This document shows, piece by piece, positions 20,112 through 37,066 of a DNA stretch of 64,000 nucleotides. The position numbers and the translations under genes are program-made. This stretch comes from the human T2T-CHM13v2.0 reference genome, Homo sapiens: NCBI RefSeq assembly GCF_009914755.1, contig NC_060930.1. One strand, 5' to 3'. Position 1 is the first letter of the stretch. Each line of letters opens with the position of its first letter. The notes under the pieces were generated by a model. That model was not told the origin of the DNA and ran no database searches. It was given only the letters and a program-made list of their open reading frames with translations.

Positions 20112-20567
20112 TGACAATGATTCTTTGCTTGGCTTCTGAATCTTCTGGTAGGCCCACCTTTGCACTTTCTAGTGAAATCTAGTTTGAGCAAAGAACCCTG
20201 CTAAGTCAGTTTAGCAAGAACCCCCGATTCTTGATATCTGATGACTCTAGATATCTGATCAGGTTTTCATTCCCCCCAACCCCCCAGGTGTTGTCTGATC
20301 ACTTTGGCCTGTCTTCAGCAAGAATCCTGTTAGGTCAGTTTAACCAAAATCCCCCTTACCTCTGATGTTTCCTCTTAATAATTTTCCACCCACTGACTCC
20401 CATCCTGCCCCTTGGCTATACATTCCTGCTTGCCCATGCTGTGTTCAGAGTTGAGCCCAATCTCTCTTTCCTGCTACAAGATCCCATTGCAGTGGTCCCT
20501 ATACCTATCACAATGGTCCTGAATAAAGTCTCTTGCTTTGCAAGTATCACTGAATAATTTTTTAACA
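20112..20567 (+). mobile_element. Solo LTR, MER31-like (ERV1)
   Basis: TG...CA, 4-bp TSD gttc (20108-20111 / 20568-20571), repeated agcaagaa/gatatctgat units, AATAAA at 20522. Confidence 0.8.
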
Positions 20568-21128
20568 GTTCCATATTATTCTTAACATTTTTTTCAACAT
20601 TGTGAATCAACAAGTATTCAGACTAAAATCCAAGTATTGCTAATTTATTTATCACCACTGTTTTGTGATTCCCACATCTTTTTCCTTCTTGGATTCATTA
20701 TTTCTTTTGCTGAAAAAATTCTTTCAGAGAGGTTTCAGGGTGGTGAACTTCCTGGATTTCTACATGTCTGAAAATCACTTTCATTTTGTCTGATCACTCA
20801 AATGCTAGTGTGACTTGGATTTTAAATTCGACATCATTGTCTCCTGGGAAGTTGAAGATATTGCTCAATCATTGTCTAGTATTCAGTATTGTTGAGGAGA
20901 AGCTTGGTGCTAATATGATTCTTGTTTCCTTTGTAGGTAACTAGTTTTATTCTCCCAGGAAGCTTTTAGGATTTTTTTTCTTTATCTTTGAATTTCTAAA
21001 ATCTCAAACTTTTTTTTTTTTACATTTATCTTGTTCTACACTTGCTGAGTTGTCTCAATCCAAAGACTTTCCTTTCTCTTTATTCCTGAGAAACAGTCCT
21101 CTTTTGCCTGGGATTATTTCTAGCTCAC

Positions 21129-21513
21129 TGATATGGTTTGGATATTTGTCCCCTCCAAATCTCATGTTGAAATGTGATCCTCAGTGTTGGAGATGGGGCC
21201 TGGCAGGAAGTGTCTGGGCCATGGGGGTGGATCCCTCATGAATGGTTTGGTGCCCTCCTTGTGGTAATGACTTCATGCAACAGCTGATTGTTTAAAAGAT
21301 CCTGGCATCTCTCTCTTGCTTGCTCTCATATGAGGCCAGTTCCCACTTTGCTTTCTACCATGATTGTAAGCTTCCTGGGGTCGTCATCAGAAGCAGATGC
21401 CGGTGCTATGCTTCGTGTACAGCCTACAGAGCTGTGAGCCAAATAAACCTCTTTTCTCTATAAATTACCCATTCTCAGGTATTCCTTGATAGCAATGTAA
21501 ATGGACTAACACA
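21129..21513 (+). mobile_element. MST (MaLR) solo LTR
   Basis: tgatatggtttggatatttgtccc...aaatctcatgttgaaatgtg...gagccaaataaacctc...atggactaacaca. Confidence 0.88.
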
Positions 21514-21620
21514 CCTACCCATTCAATTTATTCTCTCCCCTTGCATCTAACTTCCATTTCTCTTAATTTTTTTCTTCCATCTTTGCCCTTTTCTGGCTCA
21601 CTCATTTGCTCTTCATTTTT

Positions 21621-21897
21621 TTTTTGGATTGTATTTTATTTATTTATTATTATTATTTTAAATTTTATTATTATTATACTTTCAGTTTTAGGGTACATGT
21701 GCACAATGTGCAGGTTTGTTACATATGTATACATGTGCCATGTTGGTGTGCTGCACCCATTAACTCGTCATTTAGCATTAGGTATATCTCCTAATGCTAT
21801 CCCTCCCCCCTCCCCCCACCCCACAACAGTCCCCAGAGTGTGATGTTCCCCTTCCTGTGTCCATGTGTTCTCATTGTTCAGTTCCCACCTATGAGTG
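21621..21897 (-). mobile_element. Young L1PA (about PA2/3) 3' UTR fragment
   Basis: perfect 15-bp TSD ttgctcttcattttt (21606-21620 / 21898-21912). Confidence 0.93.
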
Positions 21898-21999
21898 TTG
21901 CTCTTCATTTTTGTACCAATTGATGGTCAGTTCATCAATAGAATTTGTTTTAAAATTCTGACAATGAAAATTCCAATTTCAAGTTCTCTAGTTTTTTTT

Positions 22000-22197
<198 letters not shown>

Positions 22198-22251
22198 TAA
22201 ATGTTATTTCTCTTTTTACATATAATTATTTTGTACCTATATTTATTTCAG

Positions 22252-22353
22252 GTAACAAATCAAATGGTAACAGCATGTAAAGCATATATTACTGATGGAG
22301 GATTAAACCATGTATGGGATCAGGAAACGCCAGTTGTACTAAAGAAAATTCAG
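22252..22353 (+). CDS. DNAH8: Dynein heavy chain exon D (102 nt, 0-0)
   Basis: atttcag|GTA...CAG|gtttgt; VTNQMVTACKAYITDGGLNHVWDQETPVVLKKIQ. Confidence 0.93.
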
Positions 22354-24065
22354 GTTTGTAGAAGTACTTTTATTTTCATAAACTAAATCTTTTCCCATCC
22401 TGCCCAATTTTACTTTGTTTATTCACAAAATATGTTAACTGAAAAAACTTCCTACAGAGTAGTGTTGAGAATATAAAAAGAATACAATTCTTATTATCTA
22501 TTTCCCTTTATATTTAGTGCTTCTCTGAGGGTAAAATTTAATTCTCATCTCCTCCATGGCTGCCTGTGTTAGACTCCTGTGTGCCATTTCATACGCTCTG
22601 GCCCCTACATCTCATTCCAGCCTGTTACAATTAAAATTTTTGCCTTTTTTTGCATTGGTTAGGATTACCATGTATCCTTAAATAGACATGGTAGTAGTTG
22701 CCATCCTAATTTTGATCCTGGTTTAGAAGACAATGTTTCTAACGTTTCCCCCATTTAGTTGGATGCTTTTGTAAGATTTAAATATATCTTTGATCAGATT
22801 AGTTTAGTACCAAGAGATATTTTTTAAAGTTATGAATGGGATTTGGAAAATTTTCTTCTGCATATATTTATTGAGATGCTTATAGAATTTTGCTCCTCAG
22901 TCTGTTAATGTGATAGATGACATTTTTAGACTTTCTAAAATTAAACTGTCCTAACGTTTCTGGGTAAACTCAACTTGGTCGTGGTGTAATTATCTTTTTA
23001 AAAAACACTCAAATTCAGTTTGCTACAGTTTTGTTTAGGATTTTTGGAAGCTGTATTGGTGAGAGAGAGAACCTGTAATTTTCCTTTCTTATGCTGACCT
23101 TGTCTGTGTTTTGGCATCAATGTCTCAGAATAAATGGAGGGTGGGGGGAAGTATTTTCTATTTTCTGAAAAAGTTTGTATAAAATTAAAGTGACCTGTTC
23201 ATTGAAAGTTTGAAAGAAATGGCCACAGCAGGAAGGCTCCATCTGGAAGTGGTTATTGGTCATCTCTGTGTGCAGGTTCCCTGGTCTTCGTAGTGCCAAG
23301 GTGTGTGGCTTGAACAGGGAGGTCAAGTTTGAAAAGTGGCCCAGTGCCCTCCACCCAGGATGGGAACCATTATTCCCACAGGCCTGGTGCTGACCTGCCA
23401 TCCTGGCCAGGGCACTGCTATCACCCTTGCTCTGACCTCTGAACTGGAGGATAAGAAGAGGAAGAATTGCAGTTAGTGTTTCTCATGCTGAAAACAGTTG
23501 ATCCCAAGGACTGGAAGAATCAGGATCATTATGCAGTTCTTGGACTTAGCCATGTAAGATACAAAGCTACACAGAGACAGATCAAAGCAGCTCATAAAGT
23601 AGTGGTTTTAAAACATCATGGAAAGCAGCCAGTGAACCAATAAAAGAAAGGGATAATGACTACTTCACTTGCATCACTGAAATTATAAAATGTATGACCC
23701 AGTGAAAAGAGGAGCATTTAACAGTGTAGATCATACATTTGGAAACTCAGTTCCTTCTAAAAGTGAAGCAAGGGATAGTTTCTTTGAAGTGTTTTTCCCA
23801 CTATTCGAAAATAATTCCAGATGGTCCAAAAAAAGTTTCTAAACCTGGTGTTATGAATTCATCATTTTATTCCTTCTGGTATAGTTTTTATGCTTGGACA
23901 GAGTTTTCTTATTTAAATACAGAAGAAAAAAAAGCAGAATATTGTGACAAGAGAGGGATTGAAAAGAAGAACAGAGCAACAAGAGCTCAAAGAAAGAAAG
24001 AAGAAATGAATTGAAAACATTAGTTGATAATACACATAGCTGTGATACAAGGATAAAAAAATTCA

Positions 24066-24368
<303 letters not shown>

Positions 24369-25355
24369 AAAGAAGAGAAAGCCGAGAAAGAAGCAAGATG
24401 GAAGAAGCGAGAGGCTAAAGAAAAACAAAGACAAGCTGAATTAGAAGCTGCTTGAATAGCTAAGGAGAAAGAAGAGGAAGTTAAATAAGGAGCATTGTTG
24501 GCAAAGAAGGGAAAAGATATCCAGAAAAGAGTTGTTAAAAGGAAAAGACAAACCTTCAAAATTCAAGGAAGACCTGAAATCACTTTTTCTGACAATAAGT
24601 GGAGCAGCTTAAAAAGGTGGAAGAAGTGGAAAAACTTTGTGATAGGCTTCAACTAGCAAGTTTATAGCACTTCAGTGAAATACCTCATCTACAAAAACAC
24701 TAGGAATGGCTGCTCTCCTAAAAACGGAAGAAATAAATGAGCCAATTAGAACAGAGAAAGAGGAAGGGGAGGCTTGTGTGTGACAAGCATCTAAGAATGC
24801 AGAGAAATCAACTGTCGAAGGTGGAAATGGCAGTAAAAATTGGTCAGAGGAGCATTGGTCTGCAGTTACTAATTAAAGCCATAGGCCCCTTTTCTGCATG
24901 AACAAATTCAATATGGGAAGTTATTACCAATTATATGAACACACATTCTTTTTTTGGAGTCAAGAGAACTTTTTGGCAAAGAAAATTGAGCCTCTAAAAA
25001 CTTGACCCTCACAAAAAAAAGATGACAAAAAAGGCTTTGGATAACCTTTAAAAGAACATGGAATAGTCTCTCAAGTACATGAAGTAGGCCTCCTTCAGAT
25101 GTACCTGAAGATGAGGAAAAATAGAGGGAGCAGTGCCTGGCAGGACAAAAGAGGACCTCAGGAAACAATATAAGGAAGTTGTTGAGGTGGTAAAGGCAAT
25201 GAAATGCCCAGGAGCAACTGCTGAATGCAAATGGAGCCGAGAAATGACTTATGGACAGTCTTTGTTGTGTATGCATTTAAAAACTAAAACTGATAATTGG
25301 AGATGCTAAGCACCTTTTCAAATGCCTGCTGGCTATTTGTATGTTTTTTTTTTGA

Positions 25356-25728
<373 letters not shown>

Positions 25729-26659
25729 TGAGTTGTTTGAGTTCCTTATATATTTTGGGAATAAACCTCTATTAGATATATGGTTTGCAAATACTGTCTT
25801 CCAGTCTAGAGGTTGTCTCTTCACTCTGTTTTCTTTTCTGTGCAAAAGCTTTATAGTTTGATACAATCTCATTTGTTTTTTTTGTTTTTGTTGCCTGTAC
25901 TTTTGGGGTCACGTCCAAAAAATCATTGCCAAGTAGCTTTTCCCCGACATTTTCCTCTAGTAATTTTACAGTTTCAGGTCTTATCTTTACATGTTTAATC
26001 CACTTTAAGTTGACTTTTGTATGTCATATGAAACGATGGTTCAATTTTATTGTTTTGCATGTGGATATCCAGTTTTCCTAAGACCATTTATTGAAGAGAC
26101 TGCCCTTTCCTCATTGTGTGTTCTTGGCACCTTTGTCAAAGATCAGTTGACCATAATGCATGGATTTATTTCTGGGTTCTCCATTCTGTTTCATTGGTCT
26201 ATGTGTCTGTTTCTATGCCAGTACTATGCTGTTTTGATTACTATAGCTTGGTAGTATATAAAAATATACTACAGTATAAAATCAGGCAGTGTGATGCCTC
26301 CAGCTTTGCAAATTAAAAACCACAATGAAATATCAGCTCACACTTGTTAGAATGCCTACTACAGAAAAAGACAAATGATAGCAAGTGTTGGTGAGGATGT
26401 GCATGCTCTTGGTAGGAATGTAAATTAGTGTAGCCATTATGAAACATAGTATAGAGGTTCCCCCCAATATTAAAAATAGAACTACCATATGATCCAGCAA
26501 TCTCATTTCTGGGTAAATATTTAAAGGAAATGATATAACTGTCTCAAAGAGATATCTGCATTCTTATATTCATTGCAACATTATTCACAATAGCCAAGAT
26601 GTGGAAACAACCTAAGTGCCTGTTGACAGATGAATGGATAAAGAAAATGGGGTATATAG

Positions 26660-26712
26660 GGTATGTATGTATATATGTATGTGTTTGTATGTGTGTGTGT
26701 GTGTGTTTGTGT
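26660..26712 (+). repeat. (TA/TG)n microsatellite in L1
   Basis: gtatgtatgtatatatgtatgtgtttgtat(gt)n. Confidence 0.8.
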
Positions 26713-26985
26713 ATGGATACATATATATAATGGAATATTATTCAGTCTTTACAAAGAAGGAAATATTGTCATTTTTGACAACATGGCTGAACTTTATTTC
26801 ATTATGCTAAGTGAAATAAGCCAGGCACAAAGACAAATACTGCCTTTTTTCACCTCTATGTGGAATCTAAAAAAGTCAAACTCTTAGAAGTGGAGAGTAG
26901 AATGGTGGTTACCAGGGGCTGGAGAGGGATGGCACAATGACGAGATATTGGTGAAAGAGTACAAATTTTCAGTTATGCAGGATGA

Positions 26986-27246
<261 letters not shown>

Positions 27247-27534
27247 TAATTCACACCCCCCACCCCAAAAAATAACTATGTGAAGTGAGGATGTGCTAAT
27301 TAGCTTGATTTTGGAACATTTCACAATGTATACATCTTTCAAAACATCATGTTGTATACCTTAAATATATATAATTTTTATTTGTCAATTATACCTCAAT
27401 AAAACTGGAAAAAAATAAAACTGGAAATACTGAACAAAAAGCAAGTCTGATAGAAATCATCTGTTAAGCATCTAGGATCGACATTTTCTTTGTGAAAAGA
27501 TTTTTAATTTCCTGCTTCTCTTTTTGTATAATTA

Positions 27535-28790
<1,256 letters not shown>

Positions 28791-28809
28791 TACACTATTG
28801 CTTATTTGT

Positions 28810-29115
28810 CTATTTATTTATTTTGCTTGTTCGTTTTGAGACAAAGCCTCACTCTGTCACCCAGGCTGGAGTGCAGTAGCCTGATCAAGTTCACTGCCTC
28901 CTTGACCTCCTGGGCTCAAGGGCTCCTCCTACCTCTGCCTCCTAAGTAGCTGGGACCATGGGTGCATGCCATCATGCTTGGGTAATTTTTTTATTTTTGT
29001 AGAGACAAGGTTTTGCTATGTTGCCCAGGTGGTCTCAAACTCCTGAGCTTAAGCCATCATCTGCCTTGGCCTCCCAAAGTGCTGGGATTACAGGCATGAG
29101 CCACCACACCCGGCC
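28810..29115 (-). mobile_element. AluJ
   Basis: antisense dimer. Confidence 0.88.
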
Positions 29116-29769
29116 TGTTTATTAAAAAAAAAACTATTTGACTATACTTTCTGTTTCTTCTTGAGTCAGTTTTAGTAAGTTGATATTCTTGGGGAATTTC
29201 CCCAATTTGTCTAAAATTTGTAATTTATTGACTTATTGTTGATAATATTATCTTACTAAACTTTGTCTTACTATATAAGATGTCTCCTTATTTACTAATA
29301 TTATTTATCTTCTTTCTGTTTTCCTAATCATTCTTGCTCCCCTCATACCCAGATTCAAAACAACTTATCATCTTCCTAGGAGTTTCTCATTTCTGTTGTT
29401 TTTATTGCTACTTGCAGGATTCCATGTTTTCCTCTAGAGCTTCTCTTGTTATTTTTGGGAATAGGAGTCAGAAATTACTCCCCCCAAATTTGCCAATTGG
29501 CAGGAACCATAACTCTTTACATAGAATTTAGCAATGTAGTCTCATTATTCTTTTAAGGTCCTAAAGATTACTAGCCATTTACTGACTGAATTAGAAATGG
29601 GAACTTGGTTTTCTGAATTCTAGTTCAATGTTTCTATTACATCTGAAATGTTTTCAGGAAACTTTCAGTGTATACTTTTTAGGAATAATTTTTGGATGAG
29701 TTGGAGGAAACAATGAGAATTGTTACTCAGAATCTTATCTGAGAACTGTTATTCAGAGCCAACTCATTT

Positions 29770-29928
29770 AAAAAAATTTTTTTATTATACTTTAAGTTCT
29801 GGGATACATGTGCAGAATGTGCAGGTTTGTTACATAGGTATACACGTGCCATGGTGGTTTGCTGCACCTGCCAACCCGTCATCTACATTAGGTATTTCTT
29901 CTAATGCTATCCCTCCCCTAGCCTCCCA
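29770..29928 (-). mobile_element. L1PA7/8-like 3' UTR fragment
   Basis: tatactttaagttctgggatacatgtgcag...; TSD agccaactcattt / agccagctcattt. Confidence 0.88.
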
Positions 29929-30127
29929 AGCCAGCTCATTTTTGTTGAATGAGTGAAAAATAATCAGAGACCTCAAAGAGAGCAATGATAATTGTTTTGG
30001 AGATTGTGATAGAGGAAAGAATGAGGCCAATTATTCTCAGATCTGAATATTTATAGGAATCACTATAGGAGAGCTAGTTAAAAATATAGATTTCTAAGTC
30101 CCACTTGCAGAAATTCTGATTTAGTGG

Positions 30128-30380
30128 CTGCAGTGGGCAGAATAACGGCCCCCAAAGATGTCTGTGTGCTTATCCTCAGAACCTATCCATAGGTTATGTT
30201 ACATATGGCAAGGGGTGATTAAGGTTGCAGATGGAATTAAAGTGCTGATCAGCTGATATGGGGATTACCCAAGTGGGCCCAATGTTTAAGGGTTCTTATG
30301 TGGGCAAGAGGAGGCAGAAGAGTCAGAATCTGAGAAATGGTGTTATGATAAAGATTTGACTGGGTATTGATGGTTTCAAA
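30128..30380 (+). mobile_element. MLT1D-like LTR fragment (preceded by a MER5-like remnant)
   Basis: gggcagaataacggcccccaaagatgtc...gcagatggaattaaagtgctgatcagctg. Confidence 0.72.
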
Positions 30381-30964
30381 AAAGTTTAACATTAACAAAA
30401 AAGATTTGGTGTTTAGGAAATGTTAGCTTGACATAATAGTTAATTCCTACTCTACCCAGCAATCTTATTCTCTTTTTTATTTCTATTATGTTCACAAACC
30501 AGACCAGTATATCTGTAGTCAAATATTAGGATTTCAGCAATGTACTCATCAAAGACTTTATGACCCTCTTTTGGAAAAATGATTGTCAGATGATAGCTTC
30601 GTATGACAGAAACTTCATATTTTATATACCTGCGCATAAAGAATGCTGATTCTAAGATGGATGCGAACTGAATAGAGATGTCTTGATAGATAATTTCTGG
30701 ACCTCTTGGGAGTTCTAATTGTCATGAAAATGTAAAAACAAATAGTATATGGTATGCTTTGATGTAGGATAAGAGTTAAAGGAAAACAATGAGGATGAAT
30801 AAAAGTGAGGTTGAAATGAGGATGAAAATATGGTATAAATAAAAAAAAAACTATACAGATTTTCACAGTTTGATCAGTTCTGTGTGAGGGTAGAGTTTTT
30901 GAATTTTCGATTCCTGAACAAATGTCTCACTTTCTTTTCCCTATTTCTTTTACTTTTCTCATAG

Positions 30965-31111
30965 GACTGCATTTTTCTATTCAAGGAATATCAGGCATCT
31001 TTTCATAAAACAAGGAAACTGATTTCAGAATCCTCAGGGGAAAAATCTTTTGAGGTTTCAGAAATGTATATATTTGGAAAATTTGAAGCTTTTTGCAAAA
31101 GACTGGAGAAG
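30965..31111 (+). CDS. DNAH8: Dynein heavy chain exon E (147 nt, 0-0)
   Basis: long pyrimidine tract, catag|GAC...AAG|gtaagc; DCIFLFKEYQASFHKTRKLISESSGEKSFEVSEMYIFGKFEAFCKRLEK. Confidence 0.95.
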
Positions 31112-31914
31112 GTAAGCATTATGCAGTCATCGTACCCCACTCCACACCACACCTTTTTGGTGATTTTGTACTTTATGTAGTGCCATTGAGAATTATTGTT
31201 CCTGATCTCTTGTCCACTATTGTTATGACTTGTCTAATATTACTTATAGGTCACTGCATTTTATTATAACTTATTTTTTCATTCCTGGTTACTGCCTTCT
31301 GCCAGTAACACAAACGCTATGGTCAACTTTCACATCTCTCAAGACCTCAGTTTACCTCTACCTATGAAACTTCAACTTAAAAGGCTCTGCTTTTAACTGT
31401 TATATTAGGCTGAGAAAAAGTATGAGATGAAATACCTGCAATGCCTGATAGAAGTCAGTAGTTGTGGAATCTCCGGATGTATAAGCATGTCCTCTTTCTG
31501 AGCCAGTGTATATGGTGTATACATAAACATTGTGCGGGTGATATCTTTTCTGGACAGACATAGGTTTGATTAATTTATTAGGACTGGTTGGGAAGGAGTG
31601 ACATTTTTTTGGGGGATATAGGCCAGCCCATATCAGAGACTTCTTGGAGTCATCCTTTGAAAAGTCTGTAAAGATCTCATTTAGGTATTCTTCCCCCAAC
31701 TTCGCTAATTCCCTGGATCCTGCTAGTATTTAGAATCTTGTTCATCATTTGTTGGAAAGTAATGCGGAACATTACATAGGTTGAAGACCTAGACATGTTT
31801 GGAAGCCTATTTTTATTAGTAACTTCCTGATCAAGCCAGGACAGGAAAGTATGAGTAATGAACAGAACCAAGTTGCTGAGTGGGATCCTTCATACATACT
31901 TCTTTGAAGCTGTT

Positions 31915-33320
<1,406 letters not shown>

Positions 33321-33364
33321 GTGTTGTGTGGGGCTGTTTTATGCACAATAGATTTTTTTAAACA

Positions 33365-33659
33365 TTTTTATTTATTAAATTAAAAAAATTGAGATGGGGT
33401 CCTGTTTGTGTTACTCAGGCTGGAGTGCAGTGGCATGATCATAGCTCACTTCAGCCTTGAACTCCTCAGCCTTCTGAGTAGCTGGGACTACAAGCATATA
33501 CCACCATGCCTAGCTAATTAAACTTTTTTTTTTTTTTTGTTGTAGAGATGGGGTCTTGCTATGTTGATGAGCTGGTCTTGAACTCCTGGCCTCAAGCAGT
33601 CCTCCTTCCTCACCCTCCCAAAGTGCTGGAATTATAGGCATGAGCCACTGTGCTCAGCC
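33365..33659 (-). mobile_element. AluJ
   Basis: antisense dimer with a small deletion. Confidence 0.88.
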
Positions 33660-34659
33660 AATAGGGATTTTTTTGGGGGCAAATGTTCAGTTAGGCTACT
33701 AGCACAAGTCAAATTAATAAATAGGTCTCATTGGTCAGGACAAAGATGCTTAATGTTCTGACTCCACTAGAGCAAAAACCTGGAGGTGGGTCTCAGTTAC
33801 CCCTACCCCTATTTTCCTGGAGCCAGAACCCTTGCCCACCTGGGTGTCGCTTTGAAATTTGTAGTTTCAGGACTAAACCTTATTAGTGGTAAAGATCTTT
33901 GGGGGTGGGTCTAATGCTGAGTAGAATGGTCATCCATCTGTGAAATAGCAGCCCAGGAATTCCTCTGATGCTAGAGGAAGTGGTCTGTAATGACCAGCTG
34001 CATCAGCTGCACCCACTCTGGTCTCTGGAGAAGCCCTGCCTCTAGTTTGAAGAATACAACTTCAAGCCACAAGTGCTCAGCAACCAGAGCTAAGGTAGCA
34101 CCCCCTAGAGGCCTTACCTGAAATGCATCCTGATTGCTAGGTTATCCCAGCTCCTCTGTGCTAAGAACGACAGACCGGCATCTTTCCCATTGGATAATTG
34201 GTGGATATTGGTGTCCAGACTCTCAAAGGTGGGGCTGGCGAACTTAACCCTGAAGTATGTCCAGGATTTTACATAATCCACAAGAGGTGGTTACTGAGCT
34301 GCCCAGGTGGGCTTCCTCTGATGAGTGGGGTACGGAAGGGGCAACTGTTTGACTACCCTTGTGAACTCTTGCATAGATGAAGAGGAGAGCCACAAGTGTG
34401 CACTAAGAGCCTATTAGGGAAGGCCGAGATTCGAAGTTGGAATGACCAAGTGGCAAAGTCGAAGGGCAGACAAGACTGATGTTGGGGTTGGAGAGCTGAG
34501 ATTTCAGAGTTAGACAGATATGTTGGGGCCCTTCGAGGAGTAAGTGAAGAAGGCTCTAGTGTGTCAGTGTTAGGATGCCTGAAACACATCTTTTTATGGC
34601 AGGTATAGACTTGATGGTGCACTGAATCCTAAATAGCAAGAACGAAATGTGTGCAACAG

Positions 34660-34758
34660 TCTTTGCTTCTTCCTCTTCCTGCCATGTAAATTTTGGTGAA
34701 TATTGGTGTTTCCCAGAGCTCTATCTTCAGTTTTGTTTTCTTCTCACCCTGAACATTT
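34660..34758 (+). mobile_element. L2 fragment
   Basis: aatattggtgtttcccagagctctatcttc resembles the L2 RT GVPQGS segment. Confidence 0.55.
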
Positions 34759-36296
34759 GTGGGAGAGAAGAGAAAAGGTGGAGAGCTGGTATTGCTGGGG
34801 GAGATTTGAGGATCTGGAGCTAGTAGGTGAGGTAGGGTCTCCACTCATGGTGATGCTGAGATGAGGGAATCACAGCAAGTCGAGAACTGGAAAGGGTGCA
34901 AGGTTGGTGAGCCGGAGGAGAGACTCTGCATTGGTGGTGAGTACTGAGAGATTGAACATTGATAGAGAGATGTTGAAAAAGCCAGGGCCAGGACAAACTA
35001 GCAGGAGCATGGTCTTGGTTGATTCCCACAGCTGGCTTTATGTTGCTCTGTGTGGTATGGGGACAGAGGGTACACTGGCTAAGTTTGAAGGGCAAGCATG
35101 GGACTGACCACCATGTCTGCCTCAGATGACCCCTCATCCAACCAATCAACAAAATAGAGGACATGTTAGTGACAGGAATTTTGTCCTAGTCTCTGGCTGT
35201 TGGAGCCAGGTGGTAGAGTAATGAGGTAAGGGGTAAAGGAAACAGTCTTAGCAGGTTAGAATAACAGAGCAAGCCAGTAGTAGTTTGCTTTTGCTCTTTA
35301 AAGTAGGTGAGTGGAGTATATGTGTTAGGAGGAGACCCAGATAGTTCCTGTGTTTATATAGAGCATGCGCAGCATGCTGTAAATCCCAGTGGCCTGTATT
35401 TCCTCCATGTTTGGAGTGGCTTCTAGGATGATAATGGTTTTTGGAAGTGTATGGAAATAGTGGAGTAAGAGCAACAGTTGCTTTGAAAATAGTCCTTCTG
35501 GGTGGCCATACACAGGGATTCATATGAATTCTGCTGGCTATGTAGGAGGATCAGTGGTGTTGTCTTCATGGTGTGTGTGGTATTTGGAAGATTCTCTGAA
35601 AATAGGTTTATTCCCTTTCTGGCCATTGGACCAGCCCTGGAGAGCATTGAGCATTGTTCTCTAAAGCAGAAGTCAAAATGGGGAAGCGTAAGGAAGGAGT
35701 AGCCTGTGGACATGAATTTTTTGTTTGTTTGTTTTGGTGAAGTAGGTGGTGTCAGGTTGAGACAAAGACAGCCATTTCTGAAATGAAGTTCACTGTGAGG
35801 GTTTCCCAGGTCTCATCAGGGGTCAGGAATGATTGCTGCCATTATTCAAGCTTCTTGGACCAGTCTTTTACCAGAACACAGGCGGATATGTGCTAATGTT
35901 AATTGTCAGAACTATAGTGAGGGCCAAACAGCATGGTGGAGCTTTTGAGTCCAGTAATCCAGTGAAATGATTTTCAGAAAATCCTCAAGAGACCACAGGA
36001 TGAAGCTATTTAGTCAAGTTCCCCGCCACCCTTGAAAGACAAGCTGATTGAACTCTGAAAAAGGTTGTGAACTCTCTCTGGATATGATAGAACATCTTCT
36101 GTCTTAGTCTAAGAGTAAGAATGACGGGTGACAGAGATTTGTCTTCTGTTTTATCTCCTCTGGTTGGTTTTAGCGAAATTATTCTAGGCCCTGTTTAATG
36201 GTTTGTGTTTTATATCAATGATTCATTAAGAGCTTATTTTAGGGAAGTTGCCTGCTATCTCATTTAAAAAAGCAAAATAACATTTCTCTTTTTAAG

Positions 36297-36494
36297 ATTA
36301 CAGAAATGATAACTGTTGTGCAAACATATTCAACCTTGAGTAATTCTACCATAGAAGGAATAGATATTATGGCAATAAAATTCAGAAATATATACCAAGG
36401 GGTTAAGAAAAAGCAATATGACATTCTGGATCCAAGAAGGACAGAATTTGACACAGATTTCTTAGATTTCATGACAAAAATCAATGGTTTAGAG
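36297..36494 (+). CDS. DNAH8: Dynein heavy chain exon F (198 nt, 0-0)
   Basis: ttttaag|ATT...GAG|gtaagt; ITEMITVVQTYSTLSNSTIEGIDIMAIKFRNIYQGVKKKQYDILDPRRTEFDTDFLDFMTKINGLE. Confidence 0.95.
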
Positions 36495-36751
36495 GTAAGT
36501 AATTATACCTACTTTTACTTAGTAAAGCTGAAAAGTAGTCAGTAGTACTATCTGGTACTTTTTGTAAATATTCACATGTAGTAAGTGTTTCTATATTTAT
36601 GATTTAAGTTCCTCTTTCACATTGACCAAACATATTTGCAGTGTGAGTAACTTTTAAACTACTCCACTAAAGGATTTTTTTTTGAATGAATAGTGAGCAT
36701 ATCCAATAAAAGACATCAGAGAGTAACTAGAAGCCCAAAGGGCTTTTATAG

Positions 36752-37066
<315 letters not shown>

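Noticed and set aside
20180-20345. Repeat-spacer array in the recurring agcaagaa/gatatctgat units
   Set aside because: Internal repeats of a MER31-like LTR; not regular enough for a CRISPR-like array, and the DNA is eukaryotic
34820-35520. Endogenous bornavirus L-like element (KPAVGINQ and LPKTIIILEATP resemble short bornavirus L peptides)
   Set aside because: The two matches are short, come from opposite ends of L and are in the wrong order; no GDNQ motif was seen
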